The notes under the pieces were generated by a model, which was not told the DNA's origin, did not search any database, and saw nothing but the letters and a program-made list of their open reading frames with translations. This document shows positions 40,605 through 41,687 of a stretch of 41,687 nt of DNA, one piece after another; positions within the stretch are counted from its first letter, which is position 1, and each line of letters begins with the position of its first letter. This stretch comes from Sarea resinae. Its lineage: Eukaryota. The stretch covers positions 124,001 to 165,687 of the forward strand of contig JAPEUD010000056.1 in the NCBI GenBank assembly GCA_026026165.1. The letters are read 5' to 3'. The translations under genes were made by a program, and so were the position numbers.

Positions 40605-41059
40605 TATTAGAATTATAACCTTAATTCTAGTTGCTCTTAAGTATCTAGACTGTTATAGAATGTTATATAACAGTATAGATATATCTAGAAGCTTCTATAG
40701 ACCTATAGAAGCTAATAGAACTCTATAGAATATTATAGAATATTCTAGAAGATTCTATAGGTATGCTGACTAAGCATCTAGAACCTTCTAGAACTCTCTA
40801 GAATGTTCTAGAACTGTCTAGTAGTCTATAGAATCTCTTAGATATCTATAGAATCTCCTAGATATCTATAGAATCTCTTAGATATCTATAGAATCTCTAT
40901 AATATAAGAGTCACATAACTATCCTCTGACTTTCTTATAAATCACTTATGTAATTAGTTATCACTAGAAGTTTCTAGTAAGTCAATTAAGTCTATATATT
41001 GACTGCCTTACACCTCTATAGCTAGAATCTCTAAGTTTATAATACACAATCATTCTATA
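40605..41059 (+). mobile_element. Full-length solo-LTR-like copy C (~455 bp)
   Basis: Starts TATTAGAATTATAACC (TGTTAG in copy D) and ends ...CATTCTATA. Contains three tandem 20-bp units TATAGAATCTCTTAGATATC at ~40828-40887. Confidence 0.8.
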
Positions 41060-41561
41060 CTATACTTCTTTAGCACCTTCCTCTACTTATATCTTTGTGC
41101 TACTCTTTAACAACTAGAATCACACTAGTATAACTTTTATCCACCTATAGAAGTTCTATAGATGTATAAATTAGTTGTACAAGTTGTCTTATGCTTTTAC
41201 ACTATTGTTACAGTTCTATAGATGCATAAAAGGTTAATATAAAGGCTGTTTTATAACTCTGCACTGTTACAGTTCTATAGGTGTATAAGATTGCAGCACA
41301 AAGGCTGCTTTGCAGAACATAAGCTGCTATACTATAGTTCTGTAGACATAAGCTATAGGTACTATAGGATCTAGGTAAAGGCAGTATATATTAAGCACTT
41401 AACTTGCTCTCCTATAGATGTTTCTCTTTAAAGGGGAGTATACCTATAAGGCAGCACAAAGGATTAGGAAAAGCCTTATTAAGTGTATATATACACAATA
41501 TCTATAACTATAGGCTTAGTTCAAGCAGTCTACCCTAAGTAATCCTTATCTGCAAGTTAAA

Positions 41562-41687
41562 TGTTAGAATTATAACCTTAATTCTAGTCACTCTTAAGTA
41601 TCTAGACTGTTACAGAATGTCACATGACAGTATAGATACATCTAGAAGCTTCTACAGACCTATAGAAGCTAATAGAACTCTATAGAA
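41562..41687 (+). mobile_element. LTR copy D, 5' part (runs off the window), least mutated copy
   Basis: Begins with canonical TG (TGTTAGAATTATAACC) and keeps C/G at many sites mutated in copies A-C (e.g. GTCACATGACAG). Confidence 0.85.

Noticed and set aside
40828..40900. Regular 20-bp repeats superficially like a CRISPR array
   Set aside because: Eukaryotic context, no spacers; these are tandem units internal to the LTR and are mirrored in copy B.

Overview
Genomic DNA of a filamentous ascomycete (Pezizomycotina; inferred from short GT-AG introns with CTRAY branch sites and RIP-mutated repeats). The gene-dense core carries the 3' end of a DUF3445-family gene, EXO5, an Mpv17/PMP22 gene, a divergent histone H3-H4 pair, an Rpn4-like C2H2 factor, pentafunctional AROM and a neurofibromin/Ira-type RasGAP. 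Two AT-rich RIP islands interrupt it (~18.8-29.5 kb and ~39.0 kb to the end). The first island contains a complete 7.8-kb DNA transposon (18909-26728) that the ORF track mostly misses. It has an exact AGAAGTAGA target-site duplication, ~20-bp TIRs, a DUF6589-like putative transposase (+) and a convergent RecQ-like SF2 helicase (-), which is the AcademH architecture. A third, intron-containing gene with a Zn2Cys6-like cluster lies between them. The second island holds four copies of one LTR around a Ty1/copia RT-RNase H fragment. Smaller oddities: an H3 T32V substitution, an AACCCT-box-like element in the histone promoter, an in-frame stop-free candidate intron in the Rpn4-like gene, a tRNA-like relic, and a YCR-biased RIP signature. 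Family assignments come from motif recognition in hand translations, not from database searches.
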